Below are positions 1 to 9,844 of a stretch of DNA of 64,000 nucleotides, in pieces (the first letter of the stretch is position 1; every line of letters starts with the position of its first letter). The notes under the pieces are model-generated. The model worked only from the letters and a program-made list of their open reading frames with translations. It did no database searches and had not been told where the DNA came from. This DNA is from Candidatus Latescibacterota bacterium (GTDB lineage Bacteria; Latescibacterota; UBA2968): assembly GCA_965207885.1 (NCBI GenBank), contig OZ242311.1:2592001-2656000 (forward strand), in the 5' to 3' direction. Both the position numbers and the translations under genes were made by a program.

Positions 1-410
1 ACCAGGGCCCTGGGCTTCGAATCGAACGTACCCGTCATCAATGTCAGGTAACCGCCCGCAGAATGTCCGACTGCGCCAATTCGCGCAGGATCGACACCGA
101 GTTCATCTGCGTTCGACCGAATCCATCCAAACGCATCGCGGACGTCTGCTATGATCTCCGGTAGTTTGGTCTCTGGGGCGAGTCGGTAGTCGATCGATAT
201 GACTTTGTATCCCGCATCCACGTAGCGGGCCGCGTGATCCTGACCGTTTTCTCGACTGCCCATTATGAGTGCACCACCGTGAATCCACACTACGGCGGGG
301 GATATTTCGGCCATCGCTTCTGACGAATACACGTCGAGATGGATGTCGCAGTCTGTCGTCTTCTTGAAGGCGTAGGTTCGGCGTAGGAGTGTGAAAATGG
401 GGTCCGGCAA
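1..410 (-). CDS. alpha/beta hydrolase, HSL-like esterase (runs off the window edge)
   Basis: Manual translation from TTG at 410 (GAGGA upstream) gives VVWIHGGALIMG, IDYRLAPE and VGHSAGG motifs; absent from the ORF track because it is open at the edge. Confidence 0.85.
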   Translation of the reverse strand, partial: MPDPIFTLLRRTYAFKKTTDCDIHLDVYSSEAMAEISPAVVWIHGGALIMGSRENGQDHAARYVDAGYKVISIDYRLAPETKLPEIIADVRDAFGWIRSNADELGVDPARIGAVGHSAGGYLTLMTGTFDSKPRAL

Positions 411-423
411 AGTATCCTCGTTA

Positions 424-1029
424 TTAAAGAAGTCCCAGATGATTCAGCTTATGCCAAAGACCATCGGCTCCAGTATAGGTGTATCCGGCTATACCCAATC
501 TGGTCGCTGCTGCCACATGCCCGGCGTTGTCGTCGATGAACAGAGCCTGATTCGGAGTTGCGCCCACGGTATCTAAAGCTGTGAAGTAGATGTTGGGATC
601 GGGTTTTGTAAACCCGACCTCTGAGGAGTTGATGATGTAATCGAAATCCCCGGCGATGCCCAGTCGTTGAAGGTCTGAGGGTAACCTCGATGTCGCATTG
701 CTGATGAGGACTAAACGCGCCCTCTTTCGACAAGCCCGCAAGATCCCCAGGACCTCCAAATCGACTTCTCCTGGCGATGCGGACCAGAGTTCGACCGCAC
801 GCTCCGCGTTGGCCTCTGGAAAGTCCTCGCTGAGCAGGTTCGCAATTCTCCGGCGCCACTCATCGTCAGAGATTTGTCCTGTGATTACCAGGAGGAGCAA
901 GTCATCTGAGAACGCTACTCTGGGGATGGCTCCCTCGGGTAGTCTGGTTGCTCGTTCCGCCTTACGATGTATTTCAGGGGACCAGATACGAATTACCCCA
1001 TCGAGGTCTGTCAAGATTACGTTCGTCAT
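424..1029 (-). CDS. HAD-family hydrolase
   Basis: DLDGV motif I, SN motif II, KPDP and FIDD motifs. Confidence 0.9.
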   Translation of the reverse strand: MTNVILTDLDGVIRIWSPEIHRKAERATRLPEGAIPRVAFSDDLLLLVITGQISDDEWRRRIANLLSEDFPEANAERAVELWSASPGEVDLEVLGILRACRKRARLVLISNATSRLPSDLQRLGIAGDFDYIINSSEVGFTKPDPNIYFTALDTVGATPNQALFIDDNAGHVAAATRLGIAGYTYTGADGLWHKLNHLGLL

Positions 1030-1079
1030 TTAGGTTTTACGTTTCTTTTTTTCAGTGATGTACGGCATTTCTATGGCAT

Positions 1080-1105
1080 CAGTTGAATAAACACTGTTGT
1101 TATGC
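1080..1105 (-). other. attC-like left half-site (R'' GCATAAC)
   Basis: GCATAAC-AACAG-TGTTT about 12 nt after the S66 stop; no right arm visible. Confidence 0.45.
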
Positions 1106-1117
1106 GTTGTGGGCTTC

Positions 1118-2185
1118 TCAATCAGGTTCGACTGCATTCTCCAAAATGGTAAACTTGCGCCAATCAGAGTCGATTTCTGCTTGAATTCCATACGGAAGAA
1201 CGAACATCGGATCTGTATGCCCGAAATCCATCTGCGTAATTATGGGGAGCGAAGTCAATCCTTCCTCGTCAGCGACTATCTGAAGTATGGCGTCGTCATA
1301 AGCATGAAACGAATCAGGCGACAACTCGTGGCCACCTGGTCTTCCAAAGAGAATCCCACTCAATGATGGAAGAATATCCATCGCAGCAAGAGACCGGAAA
1401 AACCTGGTTACCGTACTTGGCGGCGGTGTTTCTTCAGACGTTTCGATAAAGAGTATCGCGCCTTCCCACACTTCTTTGTTAGGCCAAACGTCTGTACTTC
1501 TTATCCAGTCGAGAACTTCGAGGCAACCACCTATGAGGTGTCCTTCCGTTTGCCCTTCTCCCTGGAGATACTGCCAACCCGCAGAGCCTTGAAGGATCCT
1601 CTTTCTTTTTTGATTCGCAGGATTTGCCCAGTCAAGACGTTCGACGGTCCAGCCATCTCGATTCTCCGGTATTTCACCAATATTTCCAGAATCAAATAAG
1701 GTCCGTCTAACGGAGTTCACCATGTAGGGAAACAACCCACCGTTCTCGGCAAATCCTGCCATAATTGCTGGACCATAAAAGGAGACAATGCCCGCCTTTA
1801 GGCACGCAAAGTGGGAAACGGTCGTATCGGAATATCCCACGAAGGGCTTCGGATTCTTCCTGATAAGATCAAGGTCTAAGTGACGAAGAATTCTAATCGA
1901 GTCATCGCCGCCAATAGTCGATATAATTCCTTTGATTTCTGAGTTTGAAAAGGCTTCCATCAAGTCATCCGCACGCGCTTTTGGATTCTCAGAGAGCCAT
2001 TTTGGCTCTTTGAGTGTATGAGGCATCTCGATCACGATCAGGCCAAATGCTTCTTCCAGTTGCTTTTTTCCAGCTTCATATCGATGTGGAATTAGCCCCG
2101 GTCCACCCCATGACAGAGATACAGTGGCTACCTTATCTCCCTCTTGAAGCTTTGGTGGTTTAGTAAGCGATAGTTTCATTATCAA
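1118..2185 (-). CDS. S66 peptidase (LD-carboxypeptidase/MccF-like)
   Basis: IGGDDS, GYSDTT catalytic Ser, IETSE, DFGHTDP. Confidence 0.92.
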   Translation of the reverse strand: MIMKLSLTKPPKLQEGDKVATVSLSWGGPGLIPHRYEAGKKQLEEAFGLIVIEMPHTLKEPKWLSENPKARADDLMEAFSNSEIKGIISTIGGDDSIRILRHLDLDLIRKNPKPFVGYSDTTVSHFACLKAGIVSFYGPAIMAGFAENGGLFPYMVNSVRRTLFDSGNIGEIPENRDGWTVERLDWANPANQKRKRILQGSAGWQYLQGEGQTEGHLIGGCLEVLDWIRSTDVWPNKEVWEGAILFIETSEETPPPSTVTRFFRSLAAMDILPSLSGILFGRPGGHELSPDSFHAYDDAILQIVADEEGLTSLPIITQMDFGHTDPMFVLPYGIQAEIDSDWRKFTILENAVEPD

Positions 2186-2212
2186 GTCTGTTTAGTTTTT
2201 GTGGGCGATTGC

Positions 2213-2250
2213 CGCTAACGTCTTCCGGTTTGTGAACCCGCTGTTAACGG
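2213..2250 (-). other. attC-like right half-site (core GTTAGCG)
   Basis: Minus strand GGGTTCACAAACCGGAAGAC-GTTAGCG resembles the right arm of the complete site at 5764-5855 (GGGTTCGCAAACCGGCATAAC-GTTATAC). Confidence 0.65.
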
Positions 2251-2266
2251 CGGTCATCCTCAAATG

Positions 2267-2351
2267 ACGTTTGAAGCCTTTGAAAGGCCTTAAGAGTTGA
2301 CGGATCAGTGATTATTTCCCTTGCGGCTTCAATAGTCAACCATTTGGCAGC
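2267..2351 (-). pseudogene. 85-bp remnant of the 3' end of the NUDIX gene at 32902-32986
   Basis: Ungapped manual alignment with about 6 mismatches; encodes WLTIEAAR.I.TDPSTLKAFQRLQT. Confidence 0.9.
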
Positions 2352-2361
2352 CTGCTTGCTG

Positions 2362-3168
2362 TCACTTATCCCCATTCTTGGTAGCAACGAAGATCATCTC
2401 TTTTTCGTGTTCAGAATTCAGGGTCTCGTCTGTCCAATCGCCTTTGACATCGACATCTTGAAAGCCTGCCAATTCCAGCATCCACATCAGTTCATTTCGA
2501 TGGTACCAGTGCGTCTGTCCGGTGTGAATCTCCTCCTTTATGAGACGGTCGCCTTCGTATAGTTCGTATCGCCGTTCTCGGACAGCATATTGCGCCACCG
2601 TATCTTCAAAAATCTTGTGGTGATAAACCAGTAGGCGCTTTCCGTCTTCAAGCTCCTTGTTGGCGATCTGTTTCCACTCGCCAGGCCAGGCGTGAATCTC
2701 TTTGGGGCCCCAGTAATAAAAACTATGGGCTGGGGCAACATTAAAGGCGAGAATTCCACCAGGCTCCAAATGAGCGTGGCATCGGCGGAGCGTTTCCAAT
2801 GCCGCTCGCCGTCCCATTACACACTGGAAACCGCCGCACGGGATATAGATGGCATTAAAACGATCGGGGAGATCCAACTGCTGCATCTGCTGCTCGTAGA
2901 GCACGGGGGCCAGCCCCATCGCGTTCGCATGCTGGCGACATACAGATAGCATATCGCCCGAAATGTCCACCCCCTGTACATCAAATCCTTCTTGCAAAAA
3001 GGTGAGTAGTAACCGTCCCGCTCCGCATCCCAGTTCCAGGGCCTTACTTCCGGCTTTTTCAAGGATGCCTTTGTAGAATGACTTGTCTATGCGGGGGTCT
3101 GACGTCGATATCGTAGCCCAATGAAGTGCGGAGAGTCCAGTATATAGATCTCGTTCATCGAATTTCAT
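2362..3168 (-). CDS. class I SAM-dependent methyltransferase
   Basis: LELGCGAGR, GVDIS; start MKFDERD after GGAGG; paralog of 14210-15013. Confidence 0.9.
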   Translation of the reverse strand: MKFDERDLYTGLSALHWATISTSDPRIDKSFYKGILEKAGSKALELGCGAGRLLLTFLQEGFDVQGVDISGDMLSVCRQHANAMGLAPVLYEQQMQQLDLPDRFNAIYIPCGGFQCVMGRRAALETLRRCHAHLEPGGILAFNVAPAHSFYYWGPKEIHAWPGEWKQIANKELEDGKRLLVYHHKIFEDTVAQYAVRERRYELYEGDRLIKEEIHTGQTHWYHRNELMWMLELAGFQDVDVKGDWTDETLNSEHEKEMIFVATKNGDK

Positions 3169-3176
3169 GAAAATAT

Positions 3177-3242
3177 CCTCCAAAATGTTTAAAGGTTAAT
3201 GTTTTAGCCTATAAAAACACTTTAAAGGATGCATTTTGGAGG
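3177..3242. promoter_or_regulatory. long imperfect inverted repeat overlapping the methyltransferase RBS
   Basis: CCTCCAAAATG/CATTTTGGAGG, TTTAAAG/CTTTAAA, TGTTTT/AAAACA. Confidence 0.6.
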
Positions 3243-3255
3243 GGGCAAAGAGGTG

Positions 3256-3849
3256 TCAGCTTTTGCCGAACTTCCATTCTGAATCCAAAATCGCATAGAC
3301 CAATCGATTCACCCACTTGTCAAACCGAATACCTCCCTCGCGATATTCCGCTTCTTTTGTCATTCCACATTTGATCATGATTTTTTCGGATGCGATATTT
3401 CCCTTGATACAGGAGGCAGAAATTTTGTGCATTCCAAGTTGCGAAAAGCCAAAATCAATGACCAACTTCACGGCTTCGGTCATATATCCTTTGCCCCAAT
3501 AGGATCTGTTCATGAAATACCCAACATTTCCATCCCCACCACCATACTTTTTGCTTATCCATCGAAGGTCAACGTGACCAACCACTTGATGGGATGATTT
3601 GAGCACAATAGGCCAATAATAGCCTTGTCGATCTTCTTCAAATCGATGGCGCATAAAATCTGCCAATTGAATAAATGTCTCATCCCTTGTTTTTGTCGGT
3701 CCCCAACTCAGAAATTTCATGACTTCAGAATCGCTCATCCATTGGTGAACCATATCCAGATCACTTGAAGTATATTCTCTAAGAAAGATTCGATTTCCAG
3801 TCAGGTCAGGCATCAATGGTATGCTTTCATCGAGATAAAGCGGAGACAT
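3256..3849 (-). CDS. GNAT acetyltransferase, RimJ/RimL type
   Basis: YWGKGYMTEAV, NIASEKIMIKCGM. Confidence 0.9.
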   Translation of the reverse strand: MSPLYLDESIPLMPDLTGNRIFLREYTSSDLDMVHQWMSDSEVMKFLSWGPTKTRDETFIQLADFMRHRFEEDRQGYYWPIVLKSSHQVVGHVDLRWISKKYGGGDGNVGYFMNRSYWGKGYMTEAVKLVIDFGFSQLGMHKISASCIKGNIASEKIMIKCGMTKEAEYREGGIRFDKWVNRLVYAILDSEWKFGKS

Positions 3850-3875
3850 TCAGTATCCGGGTTTTGTTTTCCGCT

Positions 3876-5090
3876 TTACAAAAGATTCCCTTGTGCGCGG
3901 GAATTGCGGCCTATCACGGTGATCGGCTCGGCCATTCCTATACAGACATTGCCACTCACGAGGTTCCAGTCACTGTGGCCACTCTCGACGATGCCTCGCG
4001 TCTGGCACGGTGTGTCGCCCCCAACAGTCGGCGATTTGTCAACATCATCGGCGCAGCGGTTGCCCTGGACAAGAAATCTTTTGGCATTGTGCAGGCGCAG
4101 GGCGGGATAAGCGCCAGGCTTCTTCCAGGAATTGCTACGGAGGATGTTCCCGACGATCACATGTTCCACGCCATCGCTTGCGTTAATGCCCCACTTGCCA
4201 TTTTCTGAGCACACATTGTTGCTGATGATGTTGTGGTGATCCTCCCCGTGCCCCACGCCGCCGATGCCACTGTGGTCGTTGCCTGTGAAGACACTGTCGC
4301 TACATATAGAGTCTCGCACATGGCCGCAGAAGTACAGACCGTCTCCGCCGTTTCCAATGGCGATGTTGTGTGACCAGATGCTGCGTTCTATACCAGTGCC
4401 GGGGTGGTATCCGTGTCCGCGACAAAAGCGAACCTGACAGTGGGTGACCTGCACATCCGAGCCGCCCTGCACACTGATGCCGTCACTCGGCCAGTCGATG
4501 ACCGCTACATTCTGGATGCGTACACCTCTACAGTGGACAGTGTGTACAGCGCTGTAAGTGAAGTCTTGCCACCAGCACCCTTTGGGATCTCTCGATCCAC
4601 GTAGCGTCAAATCGCGTAAGCTCACATCGTCTCTTCTGACAGCGGTAATACCTGGAAAGAGGCTGACGATCTGGGATCCCTCTTTTACCCTCAGGCCCCT
4701 GTTCAGTGGCTCGCTCAAGCGAACGAGGTCGCCCTTCACCGACTTCACCAGCGCGTGGGTCCCATCCCACCATTGGCGAGGACGGTCGGTCAACCCGACG
4801 CCATCGTCTGCTACAAAAGGCACTCGTCCGCGCAAGTAGATGTTGCGGGAACCTTTGCGGGCATCTCGAATCAGGAATAGTGCCCTGGGTGCAGCTATCG
4901 TCAGTTCAGTCGCTGATCCATCGCCGATGAGGCTTATGCCACTTCGGAGGACAATTGACTGACGTAGCCGCCATTTGCCTGCCGGAATCCGAACGCTCCC
5001 ACCTCGCTCGCCAAGGGCGTCAATCGCCTCCTGAATCCCCGAGGTAGCCGAATCCTGATCGAGAGATGCCGTGATTATTTTGCTCATCAT
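3876..5090 (-). CDS. right-handed parallel beta-helix protein (pectate-lyase-like fold)
   Basis: IQEAID..GG.V.IPAG N-terminus and repeated GN/SN..G beta-helix coils. Confidence 0.8.
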   Translation of the reverse strand: MMSKIITASLDQDSATSGIQEAIDALGERGGSVRIPAGKWRLRQSIVLRSGISLIGDGSATELTIAAPRALFLIRDARKGSRNIYLRGRVPFVADDGVGLTDRPRQWWDGTHALVKSVKGDLVRLSEPLNRGLRVKEGSQIVSLFPGITAVRRDDVSLRDLTLRGSRDPKGCWWQDFTYSAVHTVHCRGVRIQNVAVIDWPSDGISVQGGSDVQVTHCQVRFCRGHGYHPGTGIERSIWSHNIAIGNGGDGLYFCGHVRDSICSDSVFTGNDHSGIGGVGHGEDHHNIISNNVCSENGKWGINASDGVEHVIVGNILRSNSWKKPGAYPALRLHNAKRFLVQGNRCADDVDKSPTVGGDTPCQTRGIVESGHSDWNLVSGNVCIGMAEPITVIGRNSRAQGNLL

Positions 5091-5134
5091 AGGCTTTCAA
5101 TACCTTTTCATCAGGGCCTGTATCCCATAATCGT

Positions 5135-5241
5135 ACCCATCTATTGGTTTATGTGAATGGGGTGTAGTTCTGGGTTACTTTTGCGCCCTTATGTTTTTTA
5201 TCACACAAAAAAAACCTGCGCTCATAACCGTGCTGTTATAC
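5135..5241 (-). other. degenerate attC-like site
   Basis: R'' GCGTATAAC, L'' GGTTATG pairing with L' CATAAACC; core reads GATGGGT instead of GTT. Confidence 0.55.
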
Positions 5242-5259
5242 GCTGGCAGAAATTCAACT

Positions 5260-5733
5260 CTACTGGTTTAGCCCATCTATCAATTCCATTCGGATGAAGT
5301 CGAACTCGCCTCCATTTGTCCTATTCATATAGTGTTCAACTTCCCTAAAACCAACTCGTTTATATACCTTGATTGCTCGTTTATTGAAAGCCGCAACATG
5401 AAGTTGGATGGTTTTCGGTGAGAATCGAGATTGTGCAAAAACCAAACCTGCGCGAACAAAATCTGCCCCTAAACCTTTACCCGTTAGATCTGGATGAAGT
5501 CCTAAACCAAAAATCACTACGCCTTCTTTGTTCTGGAACGCAAAGAACCCCACTAATTCGCCTGCGCCATCTCGAACAGCGAACATGGACTCGCCCCGAA
5601 GAGCAGGATTAAGAAGCTCTGCTAAATCTTCGGGATCCGCTTCAGGATCATAAAAGGCGTATTCATCCTCATAATGCCATGAAGCAATTTTCTCAGCATT
5701 TGATTGATCCAATGGTTCAATGTAGAATTGCAT
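5260..5733 (-). CDS. GNAT acetyltransferase in a cassette-like unit
   Basis: LTGKGLG, FNKRAIKVYKRVGF; start MQFYIEP after GGAG. Confidence 0.9.
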   Translation of the reverse strand: MQFYIEPLDQSNAEKIASWHYEDEYAFYDPEADPEDLAELLNPALRGESMFAVRDGAGELVGFFAFQNKEGVVIFGLGLHPDLTGKGLGADFVRAGLVFAQSRFSPKTIQLHVAAFNKRAIKVYKRVGFREVEHYMNRTNGGEFDFIRMELIDGLNQ

Positions 5734-5763
5734 CAGAACAGCTCCATAGATTTTCCTGCTGGC

Positions 5764-5855
5764 GTATAACGTTATGCCGGTTTGCGAACCCACAAAGCGG
5801 GTTGTCGTAGGCCAAGGCGCCACCAGCACCGCAGCGGAACACCGTGTTGTTAGCC
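5764..5855 (-). other. attC-like recombination site, apparently complete (92 bp)
   Basis: R'' GGCTAAC, 5-nt spacer, L'' GGT(G)TT with an extra base opposite L' AAACC, core GTTATAC. Confidence 0.75.
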
Positions 5856-5876
5856 GAAGTCGATCTATTTTCAAAG

Positions 5877-6626
5877 TTACATTTTTCGGACTATGAAGTA
5901 TGCACGTCTGCCCAGCTCATAGGGCTCGCAATCCAGTGACGAAAAAGTATCGCACACCTCGAAACCCACCTCGGAAAAGAGGAATGTCAACTCTCGAAAC
6001 CCATAGACCCGCATAGAGCTTGTCTTCGTCTCGGAAATTCCGTTCGCAACCAGAGTCCATTCAGTATCAATCCGGCTCTCCGTGTGTCTGTATTTTATGT
6101 CCTCTATGACAGTTGTTTCACCTACTTTGCTCCAACTGCGAAGCTGGAGTTTTGGAAGTATTGTTTCAGCGACGTTGGGAATATCCAGAGCAAACCTCGA
6201 ACCAGTCTTGAGCGTTCGATGCACTGCCTTGAGGAATCGCCTATTTCCGTCGTCGTCGAAGTATCCGAAACTTCCCCAAAAACAGAATGCTGCATCAAAT
6301 GTCTCAATCCAGGACAGATCCCTCATATCCATCTCAACAAGCTCAAGACCAGGATTCGCTCCTTGTGAAGCGGATTGCGCCTCTTGAAGAAGGACGGTTG
6401 TAATGTCAACGCCGGTTACTTTATAGCCTCTCTCAGCCAGCGGAATCGCCAATCTGCCATTGCCACACGGCACATCGAGAACCCGACATCCTGGCTTCAA
6501 ATTGAGCACGCGCACCAGAAAGTTTACCTCTTCTGAGGTACGCTCTGCTCGCATGTTTCTTTGAACGTCGAGCCAGTTTCCAGAAAAAAAGGTGGTCCAC
6601 CATTCATTACTCACGTTTCGCCTCAC
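5877..6626 (-). CDS. class I SAM-dependent methyltransferase
   Basis: VLDVPCGNGR, GVDIT, DMRDL, SFGYF. Confidence 0.9.
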   Translation of the reverse strand: MRRNVSNEWWTTFFSGNWLDVQRNMRAERTSEEVNFLVRVLNLKPGCRVLDVPCGNGRLAIPLAERGYKVTGVDITTVLLQEAQSASQGANPGLELVEMDMRDLSWIETFDAAFCFWGSFGYFDDDGNRRFLKAVHRTLKTGSRFALDIPNVAETILPKLQLRSWSKVGETTVIEDIKYRHTESRIDTEWTLVANGISETKTSSMRVYGFRELTFLFSEVGFEVCDTFSSLDCEPYELGRRAYFIVRKM

Positions 6627-7677
6627 TGCACAAGGTTACGTCTTGTCGGCAACATTCAATCCTTTCAATCGTATCATTCGCGATATGCATCCACCTTTCA
6701 TTAGAATGCTCGAATGCCTTTAAAGCATTGAGAACTTCATCATCTGGGTAAATAACATCTGTGAAGCGAAACAGGGCTTGCGGCAGACTTGATGTATCAT
6801 TTAACTTTTTGAGCCAGAAATCTCTGTAAATCAATAAATAGTGGTTCTCAAGTTCCAATACTTTTTCACATATACTTCGCAATTTTTGCTTTGCATGTGC
6901 TTCTTCAGGAATGCAATACTCCCATTGCGTTCTACAGGTTTCCCATATATCGGTCAAAAAATCTGCCCAAGCATCATTGATGTGGTTCCTATAAAGTTGA
7001 AATGCTTCACTTTTACCAAGCACATATGAATGTGTTTCGATGGCGACAATAGGGATAATAATTTGATACAAGAGTGCAATTAGGTCTTTGGTACCTTTTG
7101 GATACTGTGCGCCATTGAGTGAATAGACTTCCCTCTGATCATATCCGAAGAACTCACCTTCTGGATCGGGGAAGTCCAGTGGATAGATAAGAACCTCCCG
7201 GTCGCGAATATCTTTCTGATTGATTACATTCATACAATTTCGGATATATTCGTCAACCGAAGGAATCGGAAATGTATCTCTCACTTCTTCCCCATATACC
7301 AAACGACCTATGAGTTTGAAAATACCATTATAGCCTACTGGTTGCCGATCATCTTTAGGAGAAATCCCCAGTTCGATGGGCGTCATCAAATCACATAACC
7401 AGCCAATTTGACGCGCTTTGCTTCTTTCTTTTTTGCTGTATCCTCCTTTAAACAGAGGATGTATATCAAGATCGCTGGTCGAGATAGCCGTGCCATTTGC
7501 ATAGCTGCCCACGAGATAATAACTGCAGATTCTATCGGGAAATATTCGCTCGAAGATACCGATGACTCCCTGTATTATCTGATCGACTTGGGAGTATCCA
7601 GTTGAATTCGTCAGCGAAACACTATTTAGCGTATTCTCTAATAGATTTTCATCTTCTTCTGATAATGGCATTTTCAC
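6607..7677 (-). CDS. Pol-beta-superfamily nucleotidyltransferase domain protein
   Basis: VGSYANG....SDLDI (GS..DxD) motif. Confidence 0.7.
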   Translation of the reverse strand: MKMPLSEEDENLLENTLNSVSLTNSTGYSQVDQIIQGVIGIFERIFPDRICSYYLVGSYANGTAISTSDLDIHPLFKGGYSKKERSKARQIGWLCDLMTPIELGISPKDDRQPVGYNGIFKLIGRLVYGEEVRDTFPIPSVDEYIRNCMNVINQKDIRDREVLIYPLDFPDPEGEFFGYDQREVYSLNGAQYPKGTKDLIALLYQIIIPIVAIETHSYVLGKSEAFQLYRNHINDAWADFLTDIWETCRTQWEYCIPEEAHAKQKLRSICEKVLELENHYLLIYRDFWLKKLNDTSSLPQALFRFTDVIYPDDEVLNALKAFEHSNERWMHIANDTIERIECCRQDVTLCSEAKRE

Positions 7678-7709
7678 CTCTAATAGTAAGATCGAAAGGA
7701 CTGACTTGC

Positions 7710-8984
7710 CTATTCTGTCACAACCGCTTCAGGTGAGACGCGAACTGATGACAATATCAAGTAGGTAAAAGCCACCATCATTATAGCAGCTGAAATCAAC
7801 AGTGTTGCCTCCCAGCCAAAAGTTTCACCAAGGTAGCCACCTGACAATGCCGCAATCGGAATTATTCCGAATACGACAAGACGCCTGGTGGCATTGATTC
7901 TACCTAACAGTCTATCTGGAGTCACTGCTTGCCTCAGGCTAATCTGGCTTATGCTGAAGAGGGTCAAGGCCAGGCTAAAGACTGCCTGGATAGCAATGAC
8001 GGCTGGGAGCTTCATCCAACCGAAGTGGCCTGCGAAAGGAAGCACGCCCATCGCAATCCCCTCAAGTAGCAACGCAATAATCATCAACCAGCCTGCACCC
8101 ATCCGCTTTGCAAGTGGAACAGCGGATAGGGCCCCGATAATCGAGGCACCTCCTGCAACAGATCCGATGATTCCCAGCCAGATCGGAGTAATGTCCAGGG
8201 TGCGAACAAGAAAAAGTGTCCAAACTGTATGTTGTACAGCACCTGCTGCACTTGCAAGAGCAGTCCCGATAGTCATGGCTCTCAGAATAGGGTGACTGAA
8301 TAGGGTCGATATTCCCTCCTTAATGGCAGCTATCACCCTTTGGTCCATCCTGGTCCTGATATTATCAGATTCATCAAATCGGATCCTCAATAGGAATAGA
8401 CCAGATAAGAAGTACGAGACTGAATCCACAAGTATTGCCAACGGTGCACCGAGAATATCGACAAGGTATCCAGCTGCTCCGGGTCCTGCTACATTCGTTG
8501 TCGAAGTGCTTAGCTGAAGTCGGGCATTCCCTTCGACCAGATCTTCCCGTTTCACGATAGAAGGCAAAAACGATGTTGAGGCAAGGACGTACATCATCGC
8601 GAGTGTACCACTTGTAAAAGCCACAATATATAGCAACTCTATGGATAGCCAGCCAACCAAAGCTGCTGCGGGGACCAGACTTATGACCAATCCTTGTCCG
8701 AACGCACTCGCGACCAGTATGGGCTTTCGTTTGGCCCGATCAATCCAGACGCCAGCCAGGAGAGCGAAGAGCAGTACTGGAAGATGCGTTGCTGCGTTGA
8801 GGAATCCCATTTCCTTCGCGCCAACCTGAAGCGTTATTACTGCAACAAGGGGAAGCGCAAGGTTGGTGACAGAAGAGCCAAGATCCGAAATAGTGACGCC
8901 GCTCCAGAGCTTGGCAAAGTCAGAATTGGAGCGCGCCAGCCGGAAGAGGCCACCCTCAGGTGCTATACCCATTTGCTTACTCAT
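7710..8984 (-). CDS. MFS transporter
   Basis: About 12 hydrophobic segments, GVWIDRAKRK motif A. Confidence 0.9.
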   Translation of the reverse strand: MSKQMGIAPEGGLFRLARSNSDFAKLWSGVTISDLGSSVTNLALPLVAVITLQVGAKEMGFLNAATHLPVLLFALLAGVWIDRAKRKPILVASAFGQGLVISLVPAAALVGWLSIELLYIVAFTSGTLAMMYVLASTSFLPSIVKREDLVEGNARLQLSTSTTNVAGPGAAGYLVDILGAPLAILVDSVSYFLSGLFLLRIRFDESDNIRTRMDQRVIAAIKEGISTLFSHPILRAMTIGTALASAAGAVQHTVWTLFLVRTLDITPIWLGIIGSVAGGASIIGALSAVPLAKRMGAGWLMIIALLLEGIAMGVLPFAGHFGWMKLPAVIAIQAVFSLALTLFSISQISLRQAVTPDRLLGRINATRRLVVFGIIPIAALSGGYLGETFGWEATLLISAAIMMVAFTYLILSSVRVSPEAVVTE

Positions 8985-8989
8985 TTCGT

Positions 8990-9004
8990 ATGGTCGTGTT
9001 ATGT
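8990..9004 (-). other. attC-like left stub (ACATAAC-ACGACC)
   Basis: Same TAACACGACC start as 16593 and 13287; truncated directly before the next ATG. Confidence 0.55.
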
Positions 9005-9017
9005 GTCGTGCGATCCT

Positions 9018-9833
9018 CTATCCGTCGCCGAATGTGCCAATTGCGATTTCGTAGTCATGCCTGTCGGCGAACCCCACCTTTTCTGCCACTCTGATCGATG
9101 GTATGTTGCTTGCCCAACAGTCCCAGTGGGGATTCATCCCTGAAGCGAGGGCGTACCTGACAAACTCTCCAGCCACTGCAGTAGCAATGCCCCTTCTCTC
9201 GTATGCTTCAATCGTCTCGATACCTATGCCGCACTTGCCTTCGCTCACGTATTCTGCTGTACACCAACAGACGATTGACGTCCCATCGAGCATCGTGAAG
9301 CCGAATCCCTGGTCGAGAAATATTTCAAGGGATGGCCAGCCTCCCAGGATCTCATCTTTGACCGAGCCAATGTGTGCAAAGTCACTTTGGAGCAATTGGG
9401 CGTTGATCTGCCTGAGCTTCAGCGGAGGCGATGGGACGTCAATTCTCGATGAGCTGTCCCGAACAGAGCAGTAAATCCGTCTTTCCACGTTCGTGTGCGA
9501 GAGCGGGCCGAAAATCTTCTCCAGCCGGAGGCTCCATGCATCTGGTGAATAGTAGAGCTTGAAGAACCCGAGTTCTCTTGACTGACCCTCTAACTGGATT
9601 TCAGTCGAGAAGATCTCTCGCAGCCCATTGTTGGTTTCAACGCCTTCAAAGTCTCCTACGAGGTAGATACACCGGCCTTCCCAGGCTAATACGGTCCTCG
9701 GGGTAGCTGGATCGTCTGCCCAGACTCTGGCAGGGGTTTTGCCATCGATAATGCTATCTACAACGAGGCGGAGGTTGGGCGTGTCAAAATGAGGCCGAAT
9801 TGACGAGGTCTCTTCACTGGAAAGTCGGTGCAT
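9018..9833 (-). CDS. GNAT acetyltransferase
   Basis: GIETIEAYERRGIAT, NIPSIRVAEKVGF. Confidence 0.9.
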   Translation of the reverse strand: MHRLSSEETSSIRPHFDTPNLRLVVDSIIDGKTPARVWADDPATPRTVLAWEGRCIYLVGDFEGVETNNGLREIFSTEIQLEGQSRELGFFKLYYSPDAWSLRLEKIFGPLSHTNVERRIYCSVRDSSSRIDVPSPPLKLRQINAQLLQSDFAHIGSVKDEILGGWPSLEIFLDQGFGFTMLDGTSIVCWCTAEYVSEGKCGIGIETIEAYERRGIATAVAGEFVRYALASGMNPHWDCWASNIPSIRVAEKVGFADRHDYEIAIGTFGDG

Positions 9834-9844
9834 AGTGTCTCACT

